DNA from: Tubiluchus corallicola
Lineage: Eukaryota > Animalia > Priapulida
Direction of reading: 5' to 3'
DNA: 64,000 nucleotides
Assembly (NCBI GenBank): GCA_030141605.1
Contig: JAQGDQ010000150.1
Location: 124,001-188,000 of the forward strand
Under the pieces are notes generated by a model. It had not been told where the DNA came from. It made no database searches and was given only the letters and a program-made list of their open reading frames with translations. This document shows positions 1 through 12,246 of this stretch, in pieces. The translations under genes were made by a program, and so were the position numbers. Each line of letters begins with the position of its first letter. The stretch's first letter is position 1.

Positions 1-192
1 ATAAAGTAATCACTACGTGATGTCATACACCAACATGAACATTGAATTTAACTTACGCTTAATCAATTGTGACTCATAGGACTTGAAATACTGATAAAGT
101 CGTAGTGTATCACCTCAAAGAAGCAAGCAGTCTGCAATAATACAAAGTACAAAAGGCTATGCCTACATTTAGTAAATTAAATATAAACAAAC

Positions 193-329
193 CTTGCTTC
201 ACTAAACGTTAAGTGGCGAAGAACAACTGATGAACCAAACGTCAGGCTATCCATATCTTCAGTAGCTGTAGCATAAACTTTACCTGTTTTCACTAATGCA
301 GCACACTGCGCTTCTGCTTCACATGGAGC
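193..329 (-). CDS. FEN1: FEN1 coding exon 6
   Basis: [45 protein letters not shown](R). Confidence 0.95.
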
Positions 330-3300
330 CTAAATATGCAAACATACAAATTCGGCTTTTCATCACGGTAAATATAAGTTACACTTCTAAGGTTATTAAA
401 TAAAACAAATTTGGTGATATGATACTGTATTTTTAATTTCTTGTGACATTATATCACCGTTCGAAAAAACATTACACAATAACAAGAAAATGCAGTTACT
501 CATCACTACTCATCACCTAAAAACAAACTATTAATGCACATACTTGTTGCATTGCATAAATGATCAAGCTATGTAGTATGACATTAGAGCTGACACAGCT
601 TGTATTTTCCACAGATGACAAAAACCAGTTGTTGGCATTTGAAAAATCGTGATGCAAAAGCCCAAGAATTATAATAAAAATAATCACTTAAAAAAATTGG
701 GGTAAACAAATATTGATAATACATTCTGCCAGACTGTTTTATGAAATAGCTCAAAATATTAATAACTATCGGCTACAAAATCAGCAAAAAAGTAACTAGA
801 CATAACAATAAAAATACCCAGCAGCAGTTGCAATGTTCTATTAGTTAGAAAAAACACTACAAAAATTACTAGGCTTACCATATTGTGTCAAAGAGAAAAT
901 GGAAAGATAAAGCAAGTTTACCAACTTTTTATCAAAATGTATCATTATCATTAAAACTACTATTTAGGTCAACAAAAATGATATTCTTCAAGCAGACGAA
1001 AGCTTTATTAATAGTAGCACTTTACTTTGTAATAGAATTTTGGCAAAATAGTTGCAGTCTCGCTATACTCATTTCATTTAATTCTCTTTACTGTAATTTT
1101 ATATATCATGGGTGCAGTTTGGCTTAGCTTTTCCATTTATACAGCCTGGGTTGCTAGGTGCTCTGTGAGATATAGCACAGTCCAGCACCTAATAATAGGA
1201 ACTAATTAATGAGGATGGTTGCAGCAAAAATGAAAATTACTTTAATCAAAGAAAATCTATAGCATCTTAATGGATTTATGGACAGTCCATTAATGTCAGA
1301 CATTGAACCATCAAAGACTTCTAAGCCATGGCAGACAAATAACACTGTCCAATAACAGCATTCTTGCAGTCACTCGTTCATTTAAGCTTTAGTGTTGCTT
1401 AACTTCGATCGTTATACGTATACAATGACTACACAGCTATTCTTACAAAAACACCGACAAGCTTACATTTATGTATGGAATGCCCATCAGCTGCAACAAT
1501 TTCTTGCATTCATCACTGTGTTCACGTGTAACTTTGACAATTCTTTTACTAAACTTTTCTACACCAGCAACATCACCTACAAGAATTTACAGTGACTGTT
1601 ATTAAAGACCTCAACATTATAAGCAGCATAACGTCACTGTAGTGATGGTACATTGGTTGCATTTTCATAATTTATTAAGTGGATACGAAATTAGTTTGTT
1701 AATACATTACAATCAGCTATAATTGATTGCAATGCTATTATTTATAACACTAGAAAGCAGTCTCGCAAGAAAACCAGAAGATCATGCCTATGAGAAACCT
1801 TTGCAATATCGTGTAAGCAATAATGTGTAATAAACTGCCCATGAGCACACCAAGTTGCTACACAAAGGCAATAAGGTAGCATAATATTGCTTGATTTCAT
1901 ATTGCTTTGTTGGGTGCTTTTTTGTGAATTGTCCCAAAAATAAGTTAAAATGTTAGTAAAATCAATTAGCATTGTCAACTGAAAAAGTAATTGATAATCA
2001 AAAAACGGATAGCATTTTCAACTAATATTCTATGCGAGTAAGAATAATACTAAAATACCAATTTGTGGGAATTGACTGCAACACAAATGCTTTTTGTTTT
2101 TTCTGAATCAGTATGTTACATAGTATTTCAGAAAAATTTCCCCCGTGAATTTGCCTTGAGGAAAATTTTTTAGGGCCGGTTGAAACTTAGGCCCAGGTGA
2201 GCCCCTGAAAATGTACAAATTTGTGCATAGCAAGGATGAGGGTATACATTGTTGAAGCCATGTAAGATTCTAGAGATGACTCTGTTAGTATTTTGCTGTA
2301 CACCATTGTGATCATGTAGATAGTACTAACCAGAAAAAATGTTTAAATAGTCCTGCATGGTGCACTATCTTAAAAGCCGGCTCATCTCAGAATAGCCCAA
2401 AAATATATTTATTGTGTTTATTTTTAACATTACGTAAACATAATGTAAAATATAAGATTGATTTATTTATTCTCCCTCTCTCTGGGGTATATTGGAAGTA
2501 GGTAACGCCTTATTTAATCGTCCAGTGTATCCAAGTTAAACAACCCTTTGGGTGTTTTCATAAAAAGCCCCATGGCAAAATATTGCCACACTCTAAATTA
2601 TTACTGATACTGGTTTTTTATATAACTGTGTCGATATAACTGTATAGATAAAAACAAAAAGGAGCATGAAAAAAATAGACAGGGTATCAATAACTACATT
2701 TTTAGGCTATTCTGAGATGGGACAGTTTTCTACTAATATCCATATGATCGCAATGGTACATGGCAAATATTAATATGTCATCTCTCGAATATTGCATTGC
2801 TAGAACATTGTACACCCTCGTCCTTGCCATGTACAAATTTATACATTTTCAGGTGCTCACCTGGACCTAAATTTCAACTGGCCCTAAGGCAAATTCACGA
2901 AGGGAATTTTTCTAGTATACTACGTAAAATACTGATTGAGAAAAAACATAAAGCATTTGTGTTCCAATTAATTTTCAAAAAAATGTTCTCCTTCTCACCT
3001 ATTCTTGCATGTTCGTTGCAAAAGACAATGTAAAGAAATAATTTAATGGAATAATGACTTGTACAGCAAAGCAGGGATGAAAATGACAAATTTCAAAAAA
3101 TTCTGAAACAGGCCGTAGGCAGCAACAAATTGCAATTTTGTAACCATAGAGAGCCTTTAAAGTTTAAGTGGACTTAAAATATCAATTACCTTGTTTCATG
3201 CATAATTAAAAATACCCAACTATCAATGATACATGATACCTAATTTTCTAAAAAATGCCTAAGTACTGGCCGCTCCTATGCAAAAGTATATAAAAATTGT

Positions 3301-6300
3301 CTGCAACTGACTCAAATAACTCCGCACAATTGATTCTATATTTTTATACATAGAGATCTACACGTGGTTACACTTATGTACGCGATGTAAACAAAGTGAC
3401 AGCCTGCCAACTAGCGGTCAGTTTGTGAAATAATGTATTGGGTCCATAAAAATTTTCTCAATGAATTTACGCAATTTGCAAAAGTGGCACTACTGGTCTT
3501 CCAAAAACTCGGAATTCCGCGCATTCGCGGAAAATTCTCATCCCTGCAGCAAAGACGTGTAAAGACTGACAGTATGATTTGGTGCCCATTCCAAAACCCC
3601 ATGCTATTTTAAGGCATAGGTCATTTCTATTAAGCACAATGCCATGTAACATTATATTTTTACCGAGAATTCGATTGCAGTGACTGTCAGTAGTAAAGTA
3701 ATAGGTACAATTAAGGTAATTTACTAGCAAATTTTTTAAACTCTTAGTTATTTTTAGTAATTTATGAGAGCAGTGGAATGATCTCACTGACACATAGGTA
3801 ACCCTATTAGTATTATAAAATTTATGCAAGTTGCATAACAAAACTTTAACCTCATTTGTAGTAACTTGTGATACAAATTTGAAATAAACAATACAAAAAA
3901 TAAATAGCTTGCCAAACCCGATTCTGTTGCTTGTTCTAGACTTTTTTTTGCTTCTTCCCTTCTTTCAGCACGCTTAGCCAACTGAAAAAAGAAGTGAAGA
4001 TAAACTTTACAAAAGATACAAAAAGCATACAGGTTACAGTCCTTGAAAATCAAGAATGATTAATGATTTACTAAGTATGAAGCTAATAAAATTTACCTGT
4101 TTACAAAGATAATTTAGCTAATTTCTTAATATCATAAAAAAAGTCCAGCAGTTTAAGTAAGTTAAACAGTTAAGTAGTGATTTTGAAACTGTTGAGTTAT
4201 GTAAAAAATTTAATTGGAAACCTGTCACTGTAGTCAACTTGTGCCTGGGCACCTTACTATAGAGTTCTGTTAAGATAATTAAAATATACTTTTAAAATAT
4301 TTTAAAGTGAACAACAACTCTCCTTAGCACCTCCTTGTTGGAACTATTTATTGCCTCAATTTTAAAAACCTGAAAATCTTATTGAGTGACTGAACCCGAA
4401 GAGCCAAACATCACACTTACACTAATCTCCATTTGGGTTCCTTACCTGGAAAAATTTCCAGATTCTGTGACCTGCTGTTTGGCTGGAACAGCTTACAAAG
4501 ATTCTTAACCAACCTACTGGCCTAATTATGGGTAACTCTTGTGTCAATTTTTGTAATAATCCTTAAATGACAGCATTTAAAGTATCGTTGCTACAGTGCT
4601 AGACTGAAATCATCTAAAAATGCCCCAAACCACCATATTACAAAAAATGGATGGTGCTGAAAGTGAATTCTCGCCTGGTCAACTTTCATATCTATATCAA
4701 ATTTTTACTTAACCAAGCCCATCATTAAGCAATGTAAAGTCTCGTCAGCAAACAAGCGGGTGATTACCTAACAAATCTTTTCTGGGCTGTTTTATCTGCC
4801 CTTCTGCCCGCTACTATTTGATCAAGACACTACTGCCTAATCGGTCTCTCACTTTGATAATGCAGTAACATTCCAGACCTGGTTAAAAGTGCTTAACACA
4901 TACAACACATAAATCTATGTCAGCACAGCATACATGAAAGCAGTGGCGGCTCGTAGCTAAAATTAGTGGGGTGCTACTACAGTAAAATTTTACCCAGTAA
5001 ATTGAGCAAAATGAAACAAACACATAAAAAGAAAATTTATACATACATTTGATAAAATCCTAAACAAAAAATATTTTTTTACTTACTAATAGCCTAAATT
5101 GTTACAGTTCCAGAGAAATTAAGCAAATTAATGAATTTATTCATTAAGTAAATTTAAGTTTAAATTTATCCGTTCATTTAAAAATAAAATCCATTCTTCT
5201 TGTTTTACTTTGCGCGAAAAGATGAATAATTTTCTCCTTAATCAATACTGCGTGAGTGACAGTGCTCTCATTATCTAGTGTGCTGCGTCTTATCTGTGAC
5301 ATGTGCACATGACCGCATGCGTGCAACAGCCAAACACCATGTTGTTGGACCTGTGTAGTGCACAGTTCCTTCACGTACTATGGCTCCATACAAGGATTTA
5401 CAAGTATAAAGAAAGAATTAAAGAAAAAAGATCAAATACTAGCGATAATATCAACTGAAAATAGGGGGTGCTGCAGTTCCTCACCTATACACAAGCCGCA
5501 ACTGCATGAAAAGACTTTTAAAATCGGTAATAATCTGCAAATCAAAATGAAGAAAGTTTATGTTTGTCAATAATTTATTGCTTGTTGTTTAATGTTTTTT
5601 GCTGAGTCCAAGAAATCTACAAAGGAAAAATCTGCATCTAGTCCTGTTTAGTATAAACCTGTACCTTTCTTAAATCCTTGTCTGGATGTTCACTAACTGG
5701 ATGGTATGTATTCATTCACTAACTGACTCAAAAGACCCACTCAGAGTCAGTGACTACCACACTAAAAACTCCATCTGGTGCTGTACGTTATCCAAACTTA
5801 ACTGTTAATCCTTTCCAGATTTTAAGTTATAGTAGCTTTGTCTTGAACCACCCACTCAATGCCAACAACTAACTCAAAAATGTGCTTCTACCAGGTATTA
5901 TACGATTTAACCTTCTCACAGCTTTATAATCATTAATGTTATTCACTCATTCACTCGTATTACTGCTGAGCCTAGACTGAAAAAATTGTTTGCACTTTGA
6001 AAATATGAAAGCAACGATTGACAGCTATCCTTATTTACAATTTCACCTCCAAAATCAACTGATAAAATAAATTTATGTGACAATTTAATGATTATAGTTT
6101 CTCATACCTCACCACCTTTCATAGTTGGTGGCTTTCCATCAAATACATAAACAGGCTTGATGCCATTGTCGACCATACGAATTGTTCTGTAGAAGATTCC
6201 CATCAGGTGACTAGAAAAATATAATGCTTTAGAAAACTTGATTTCAATTAAAGTGTATTAACGAGATTCCTAAAAATTAGTTACTTTTTAAGCATGCCAA

Positions 6301-7738
6301 ACATTAGCAGGTAAGAATGCAAAAACCAGCTTGGTGATTTGCACCAATGGTGATGGAACACCTTGTATATTCTAGTATCTCTGACAATATAGAAAATACT
6401 CATGGCAATTTTTCTAATTACAAATAAAGAAAAGCAGAATGACCAGTAGAAAAATATTTGTTAAAAGTTTTAAATTTGAAAGTCCAGGCTCATAACTAAT
6501 TTTGACATAGATCTTCCAAAAGAATGCTGAAGAATGAAGGCCTGGTGATTAGGAGATACTCAGTACAATTAATTAATTACAAGCACTTGCCTTGTAGTTT
6601 CTCCGCTATCATTTGTCAACACACTCCCATCTTGCCTAACAGCAATCAGAAACTGATATATAGACATAGACGCATCAACGGCTACTTTCCGACCTAAGTT
6701 TCAAATACAAAGACTGAAGTAAAGTACAATACATATATAGTATCAGAAAGCTTTTTGCTATATTAAAAAAATATGATAGAAGCCTGGAAAATTAAATTGC
6801 TTAAAATAAACACGTTTGTGGCAGACTTACAGTAAATTAGCTACGAATACCAAAATTCAAAGAACTAAATAATATTCAAATTTCAAAGAATCACATGCCA
6901 ACATAACTTCTTTATTTGCTTATAATTCCACCCAACCTAACCGGATGTTTTCGCTGGCCACTTTTTTAAAAGACAAAATTAAAAACAGTTAGTGTAAAGC
7001 AGTTAAGAAGGGTATTTAAGAGGAATATATACAACGTTTTCTTAGCTGATGCTTTTTGGTGACATAACTGCACTCTGGCAATTTGTCTAACTTAGTAGAC
7101 AAGATAACTGTTATTGTAATGAAGTTCTTATAATGTATAGAGTATTACAACATTTAAGGAAACCAATGTGCAATTCTTAGACAGTATTCAAAGGATTTAA
7201 AAGAGAAGAAAACTCTGTTATCAGAATAACTAAGCAATCTGAATTTACTAAGCCCAATTTCAGAACAATCACTTGCCCTATAAAAAAAACCAATGCAGCA
7301 GATTTAAATTTTTTCATTGGTAGACACGTAGACACTGTCAGCCACATTTATGGTCAACAGCTCTTGAGAAATCGTAGGTCAAAATTTGGTATGGTATAAA
7401 AATTGTCCCTTTTCCTTTAACGGTAACAAAATAGTCGCCAACATGGTTGGACAACATACTAAATAGATTCGAAAGCTAAATAACCAACTTTAGCAGTACC
7501 AAAACTGCTATAAAAGCATTGAGAATTGTATGAGTAAACCTATTATTTGCAGTCATAAAATGTGGACAATTGCATAATTATAAAGTTATTTAAAGCAAAG
7601 CACGAAAAATATGAGAAATAATGCTAAAAAGTAGAAGTGAATTACAAATGACTTACCAAAATAATTTCTAATGTCGTTTTCTTTAATAGCAGATGGCGCA
7701 AAATCACCGATGAGCTTTGCCAGTCCCAGAATACCCAT
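193..7738 (-). CDS. FEN1: Flap endonuclease 1, 5' part (about 199 aa; gene continues beyond the left edge)
   Basis: Manual splice reconstruction complement(join(193..329,1467..1576,3918..3981,6108..6210,6591..6693,7657..7738)). Phases are compatible. The translation [93 protein letters not shown] matches the XPG-N/XPG-I motifs of FEN1. Confidence 0.97.
1467..1576 (-). CDS. FEN1: FEN1 coding exon 5
   Basis: [36 protein letters not shown]; donor GTAAGC. Confidence 0.94.
2070..2972. repeat. Long diverged inverted repeat (foldback/MITE remnant) in FEN1 intron 4
   Basis: Arms about 2070-2415 and 2687-2972. For example ggtgagcccctgaaaatgtacaaatttgtgcatagcaaggatgagggt is the near reverse complement of accctcgtccttgccatgtacaaatttatacattttcaggtgctcacc. 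Confidence 0.8.
3918..3981 (-). CDS. FEN1: FEN1 coding exon 4
   Basis: [21 protein letters not shown](G), the helical arch; tttttcag acceptor. Confidence 0.92.
4941..5504. mobile_element. hAT-like MITE
   Basis: TIRs CAGTGGCGGCTCGT / ACAAGCCGCAACTG; 8-bp flanks CATGAAAG / CATGAAAA (7 of 8 identical). Confidence 0.8.
6108..6210 (-). CDS. FEN1: FEN1 coding exon 3
   Basis: [34 protein letters not shown]; AG/GT boundaries. Confidence 0.95.
6591..6693 (-). CDS. FEN1: FEN1 coding exon 2 (GC donor)
   Basis: [34 protein letters not shown](S); donor AG|GCAAGT. Confidence 0.94.
7657..7738 (-). CDS. FEN1: FEN1 coding exon 1
   Basis: [27 protein letters not shown](G); ATG at 7738; donor G|GTAAGT. Confidence 0.95.
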
Positions 7739-7888
7739 ATCTTAGTAAGCCTGATTCAAATTAATGCTAGCATCAATAAAAAAACACAAAACTAAGTGAA
7801 TAGTAGTAATCAATATTGATCAATGGGAATGTATTTATAGTTCTTAAGCATTTTGCTACATTATCATGCAAAACAGTCCAGTGCACTC

Positions 7889-8015
7889 CAGTGTCGTAAG
7901 TCAAGTCTTTCAGCTCAAGTCCAAATCGAGTCTGAAGTCTTTGTGCTTCAAGTCTGAGTCATGTCTCGGGTCATTACATCCAAGTCCGGGTCAAGTCTCG
8001 CGTCGTTACGTCTAG
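7889..8015 (+). mobile_element. Terminal fragment of a hAT-like element with (C/G)AAGTC subterminal repeats
   Basis: CAGTGTCGTA start followed by repeated CAAGTC/CGAGTC; related to the end at 55370-55478. Confidence 0.5.
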
Positions 8016-8094
8016 TATCAGTAATACATGAACTTGCATGTATATTTCAAAAAGTCATTTATAATCAAATACATACATAAAAAAATAATAATAA

Positions 8095-8235
8095 TAAAAC
8101 AACATTCACCCATTGAAGCAATAACGGAAGCTACTGAAATCTGTCGATACAATTTAAATAAAAACAAATTTGTAATGGCAGTCTTTTTGCATCTACGTAA
8201 AGCCTTTGATGCAATAATGGAAGCTACTGAAAACC
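8095..8235 (+). mobile_element. L2/Crack-type RT fragment
   Basis: Translation ...NKFVMAVFLHLRKAFD (degenerate DL.KAFD RT motif); 22-bp direct repeat gcaataaYggaagctactgaaa at about 8118 and 8211. Confidence 0.55.
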
Positions 8236-8399
8236 AATATGCTGGCACTCACCTAAAATAATGATTCCATTTAATTTCTCCAGTTTAGAGATGACATGAA
8301 GATTCTAGAAGTGTTAGTCAATTAGTAAAATTAACTATATTTTATCTGATTCTACAAAATTTTAATTTATCAGTGATAACATTCACAGTATTTTAACTC

Positions 8400-9290
8400 G
8401 TGTTTTCAAAGTATAAGCATTTGTTCAAAACTTCGTTAGATGTTTAGCGAATCAGGAAGTAACTGATCAAGCTACTTTTAACCAACTTTGGCCATGTGTC
8501 TCAAACTTGTTATTTTATAAGGATTCCCAAAGTACACAGTCCAAATATACCAATGAAACTAATTCTTTCTGCTCTTGATACTGTCACTTATGCTGCCTCA
8601 AAAACTTTAGCACCTATAAGTGAACGCCTCTTTAATAAGTGTGAACATTGTTAAGGATTCATTTATTTCATTAAAGAAATTTTATCTTTGAATTGACTTA
8701 AACATAAAAAAATGTCTTGATAAAGTTTTTTTCAAAAAATCACTGTACAATCTGTTTCCAAAAAATAATGTATTTTTTACAGTCTGGTATTGTTTCAGAT
8801 TTCAGCATAGCAACTGCAACAGCAAACCGTCCAAACACCTTAAAGAAAGAACGTGTGCGCATGTGAGTGTTTCATCTAAAACTGGCAAGAAACTAAAAAG
8901 TTCTCCTTAGTCTAGTATTCTTGACCTTATTTGTGCTTCTAGTCACAGTTCCGTGTTTAATAATTTTAGCAATGTGGCCAAGGCTACAGAAACCTGGGAC
9001 CTATTAATAAAAGAAAGTTTATCAATGAAATCTAACAAGCCTGTTCTTGCAGTGAAAAGTAGTTCAATTCCTTTAACTTTGTTTTCAAACACCGAGCTAT
9101 AGATTTACTATATATCTTTTTCTTTAGAGGTCTCTTTTACTACATCTTTGGCTTCTATCTGAATGCACAATTAGTTATTTTCATGCACTGTATATAAAAC
9201 TGGTCTGCAGTCAAAATGCTTGACATGTTTTTAGTATTTTATATTTTAAAGTTTTGAATTAAACTTTTTTTCAATAACATTATGAATGGT
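8400..9290 (+). mobile_element. Penelope-like element remnant (GIY-YIG endonuclease C-terminus)
   Basis: 9001-9084 translates LLIKESLSMKSNKPVLAVKSSSIPLTLF, the typical PLE C-terminal pattern (LLIKESL.I....P.LN....S.PL.LF); upstream part is heavily degenerate; boundaries approximate. Confidence 0.6.
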
Positions 9291-10805
9291 ATAGGCACTA
9301 ATATAGTTCCTTGCAGCACTCTTTTCATGACAGGTCTCCATGAACATTTTTCCAAGCTTGCTCAAACACACTGTGTGCAGTTTTTAAGGAAGTCTTCCAT
9401 TAAGGCTTTCTGCAGACTCGCAAAACATTACATCAACAAAAGAACCATCACACAGAACTTCTTGCCAATCGTTTATTGATTCCAGTAGATATATGCGTCT
9501 TCCCATTGTAACAGTTTTATCTCACTAACTAGCATTGTTAGTGCTTGAATATTTAATAATGTAATGGATTACATAAGTTTTAGGGTACTTGCTTGACATT
9601 AGTTAATATTTCTACTGATAAATACCTTTAAAAAGAATATGAATATCCTATTACTGTGCATGCCCGTTTTAATTTTTAATAATTATAAAATGTTTTTTTT
9701 TACTGGAGTTCTGCTGCTTTACATGTAACTCTAAGGAAATTGCAACAACAGTGAACCATTGTCTGCATAGTGGCAAAATTATTAGAATTTAATTACTCAG
9801 TTAGAACATTTTTTACAAAATGCAAAATTCTAAGATTATTTTTGAAGTATCAAAGTGCTTTACTGTATTACTAAATGAGCATTCTACACTCACAGTGCAC
9901 AAAAGAAATATTATATCACGAAGAAAAATGGTACTGAAGAAAAACGGAATGGCTACAGGCTGTATAATGCCATATCACCATTTTCATGAAGTGGGCATGT
10001 ACTTTTCAATGGTGTGCAGGGCACATGGTCAAACGCTGTATGTCGTAAAAATTGTCAAAATCCGTATGTTTTGTAAATGTCACAGAAAGCACAGATCCAT
10101 ATTTGTTGCAAAAATAGCTACGAATACTGATCCATATTCGGTATCGTACAAAAGATGAGTACGGATTCATACCTCTGGGCACTGCCTTGTTTAAATTTAT
10201 ACTGTGTGTTGTTTGGTTTAACGTTTTTTGATTGCAAACAGAAGCTGATTAGCACTAAAAGCTAAAATAAATCATTTAAATATTTGTAAAGAAAATTACT
10301 GAATGGAAATTCGATTCTAAAGTGTGCATTTTTAGTTTTTCTCAGTTTGCTGTTGCTGAATATTTCACTCGTGTAATCTAGAACGTGTTTTAAGGTTGTT
10401 GCTTACAGTGATATTTTTGGTCAATATTGGCTTTGGTACAATATAGCATTATTGATCCAATATTGGAAACACATGGTTTACATCTATTATGGAAAAATAT
10501 TGATACAATGTTGAGGCAAGTTCACATTTCCAAACTGTCCCAATATTTGCACAAATATTGTCGTGCTGTCTGGGATACGTTACGTGGCAGCAAAGTATAC
10601 TGTTAATGTTATTGTGTTATACTGTCATGATTAGGAGTTAAGCGAGTACACTCATAGAAACTATGCTAAATGGCAGCAAAGCAAACCACAACGTAACAGC
10701 AATAGAAATAACTAAAAAGTTACCCAAAGTCTAAACAATTTTATTAATAAGTCACAAAATCCAAATTTTCAGTAAATACTTCAAAAAACACTTCTGTTAT
10801 TGTTA

Positions 10806-10900
10806 TTTCCCGCAATAATCGATGATAAGCGATCACCTTGCTTGTTCTCGAACAGTACAGTGTTTTCTCGCGCCCTTTTCACGATAGCGTGGGACCTTAT
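10806..10900 (-). promoter_or_regulatory. Candidate FEN1 promoter / non-coding first exon
   Basis: CpG-rich patch with E2F-like TTTCCCGC (10806-10813) and TTCTCGCGCCC (10865-10875). Minus-strand donor CAAG|GTGATC at 10837/10836 could join the acceptor at 7751. Inference only. Confidence 0.4.
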
Positions 10901-11163
10901 ATGTGGAAGGAAAATCATCACTAGCAAATAAACGATGTTATAAATATCTAAAAGTAGGACATCGTACGTTCGAGTTCGAACGTTTGAATCGAAATCGATT
11001 CGAACGAGTTTTTTTAGTTAGAATTTATAGATTCACAATCACACTATATAACTCACTAATTTTGCCTTATTTAAGCCATGCCAATATCCTATTGGGCTCA
11101 ACTTATCCATCTAATTTGTTAAAACTTCAAAGACTACAAAGAAAATTTGTTCGTATTGTTAAT

Positions 11164-11518
11164 TGTTGTGTTTTGTTTCTCTCGGAAGGCTCGTAGAGAA
11201 AACCAGAAAATACTTCATCAAATTAAACTAGTTTATTTAGCGAGAATTCTACAACACAAAAGTATGAAGGAACGCGAAATGATTACACTAAACGTGAAAA
11301 TCTGGAAAACGTTTGAGTGTATCTGAAAACGTAAGTATACAAGAGAATGTGTAAGTGGCGTCCTTGTGAATCTGTGTGTGTCCCTCTCAGCGGCCTGCTT
11401 TGCCTTATATAGCGTGCCCGAGAAGTTTTGTCCCAGAACATTCTACACAGTAAGACGATTATTCTACATTCTACAATGTTCTATGTAATTCTAATAGATG
11501 CCAGCGATCTCCACAACA
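11164..11518 (-). mobile_element. Solo LTR (355 bp)
   Basis: Termini TGTTGTG...CACAACA; 5-bp flanks TTAAT/TTCAT; minus-strand TATATAA (about 11405) then AATAAA (about 11232); removing it restores the LINE reading frame. Confidence 0.8.
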
Positions 11519-12160
11519 TTCATAAATTACCTAAGCGTATAACAGTCACTAAAGCTCATTACCTTGATAGTAAAATTTTTAGGTTAGAAGATCTGTTGTA
11601 TTACTATACCTCTGTATATATGTAGTGATAAAACTCATTCCAAGTTATTTCCAAACTTTTTCAATAATCCAGCTAAACTTAATATAAAACAGTATAACAC
11701 TAGGTACAAGGAATACACTATTAAATTTTCAAGAACTAATGTTGGTAAAGACTTTATTTCCATTAATGGCCCTAAAACTTGGAATAAATTACCCGAATAC
11801 ATTAAAACCTCTGTGTCAATTCATAAACTAAAGAAAAATCTTAAATCACACATATTTGCTACATATTCCGAATGATCACTTTGAGTGTGTGGATGTATAA
11901 TGTATATTCCAAATTTACTTTACAGCATGTACATGCAAATACTCACAACTGTCAATTCATCCCTATAAAACTATGTAATATAATTGGCAATCAATTGTGC
12001 CACTTTTTAGTTTATTCTTATTTTGGCTATATTTATGCTTTGGCAATATTATCATGACTTAATCAACATCATAACATCAACGTACTAACATGTGCCATTC
12101 ATGTATCCTAATCAATATGCTGAATTTCTATCTTTTGCACCGTGTCCTCACTCTACAAAA

Positions 12161-12162
<2 letters not shown>

Positions 12163-12199
<37 letters not shown>

Positions 12200-12246
12200 C
12201 GTGCTGTGTGTGTGTGTGTGAGTGAGTGTGTGAGAGTGAGTGTGAG
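12163..12246. repeat. (GT)n/(GAGT)n microsatellite
   Basis: Directly visible; explains the spurious His/Thr-rich ORF 12128-12319. Confidence 0.95.
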
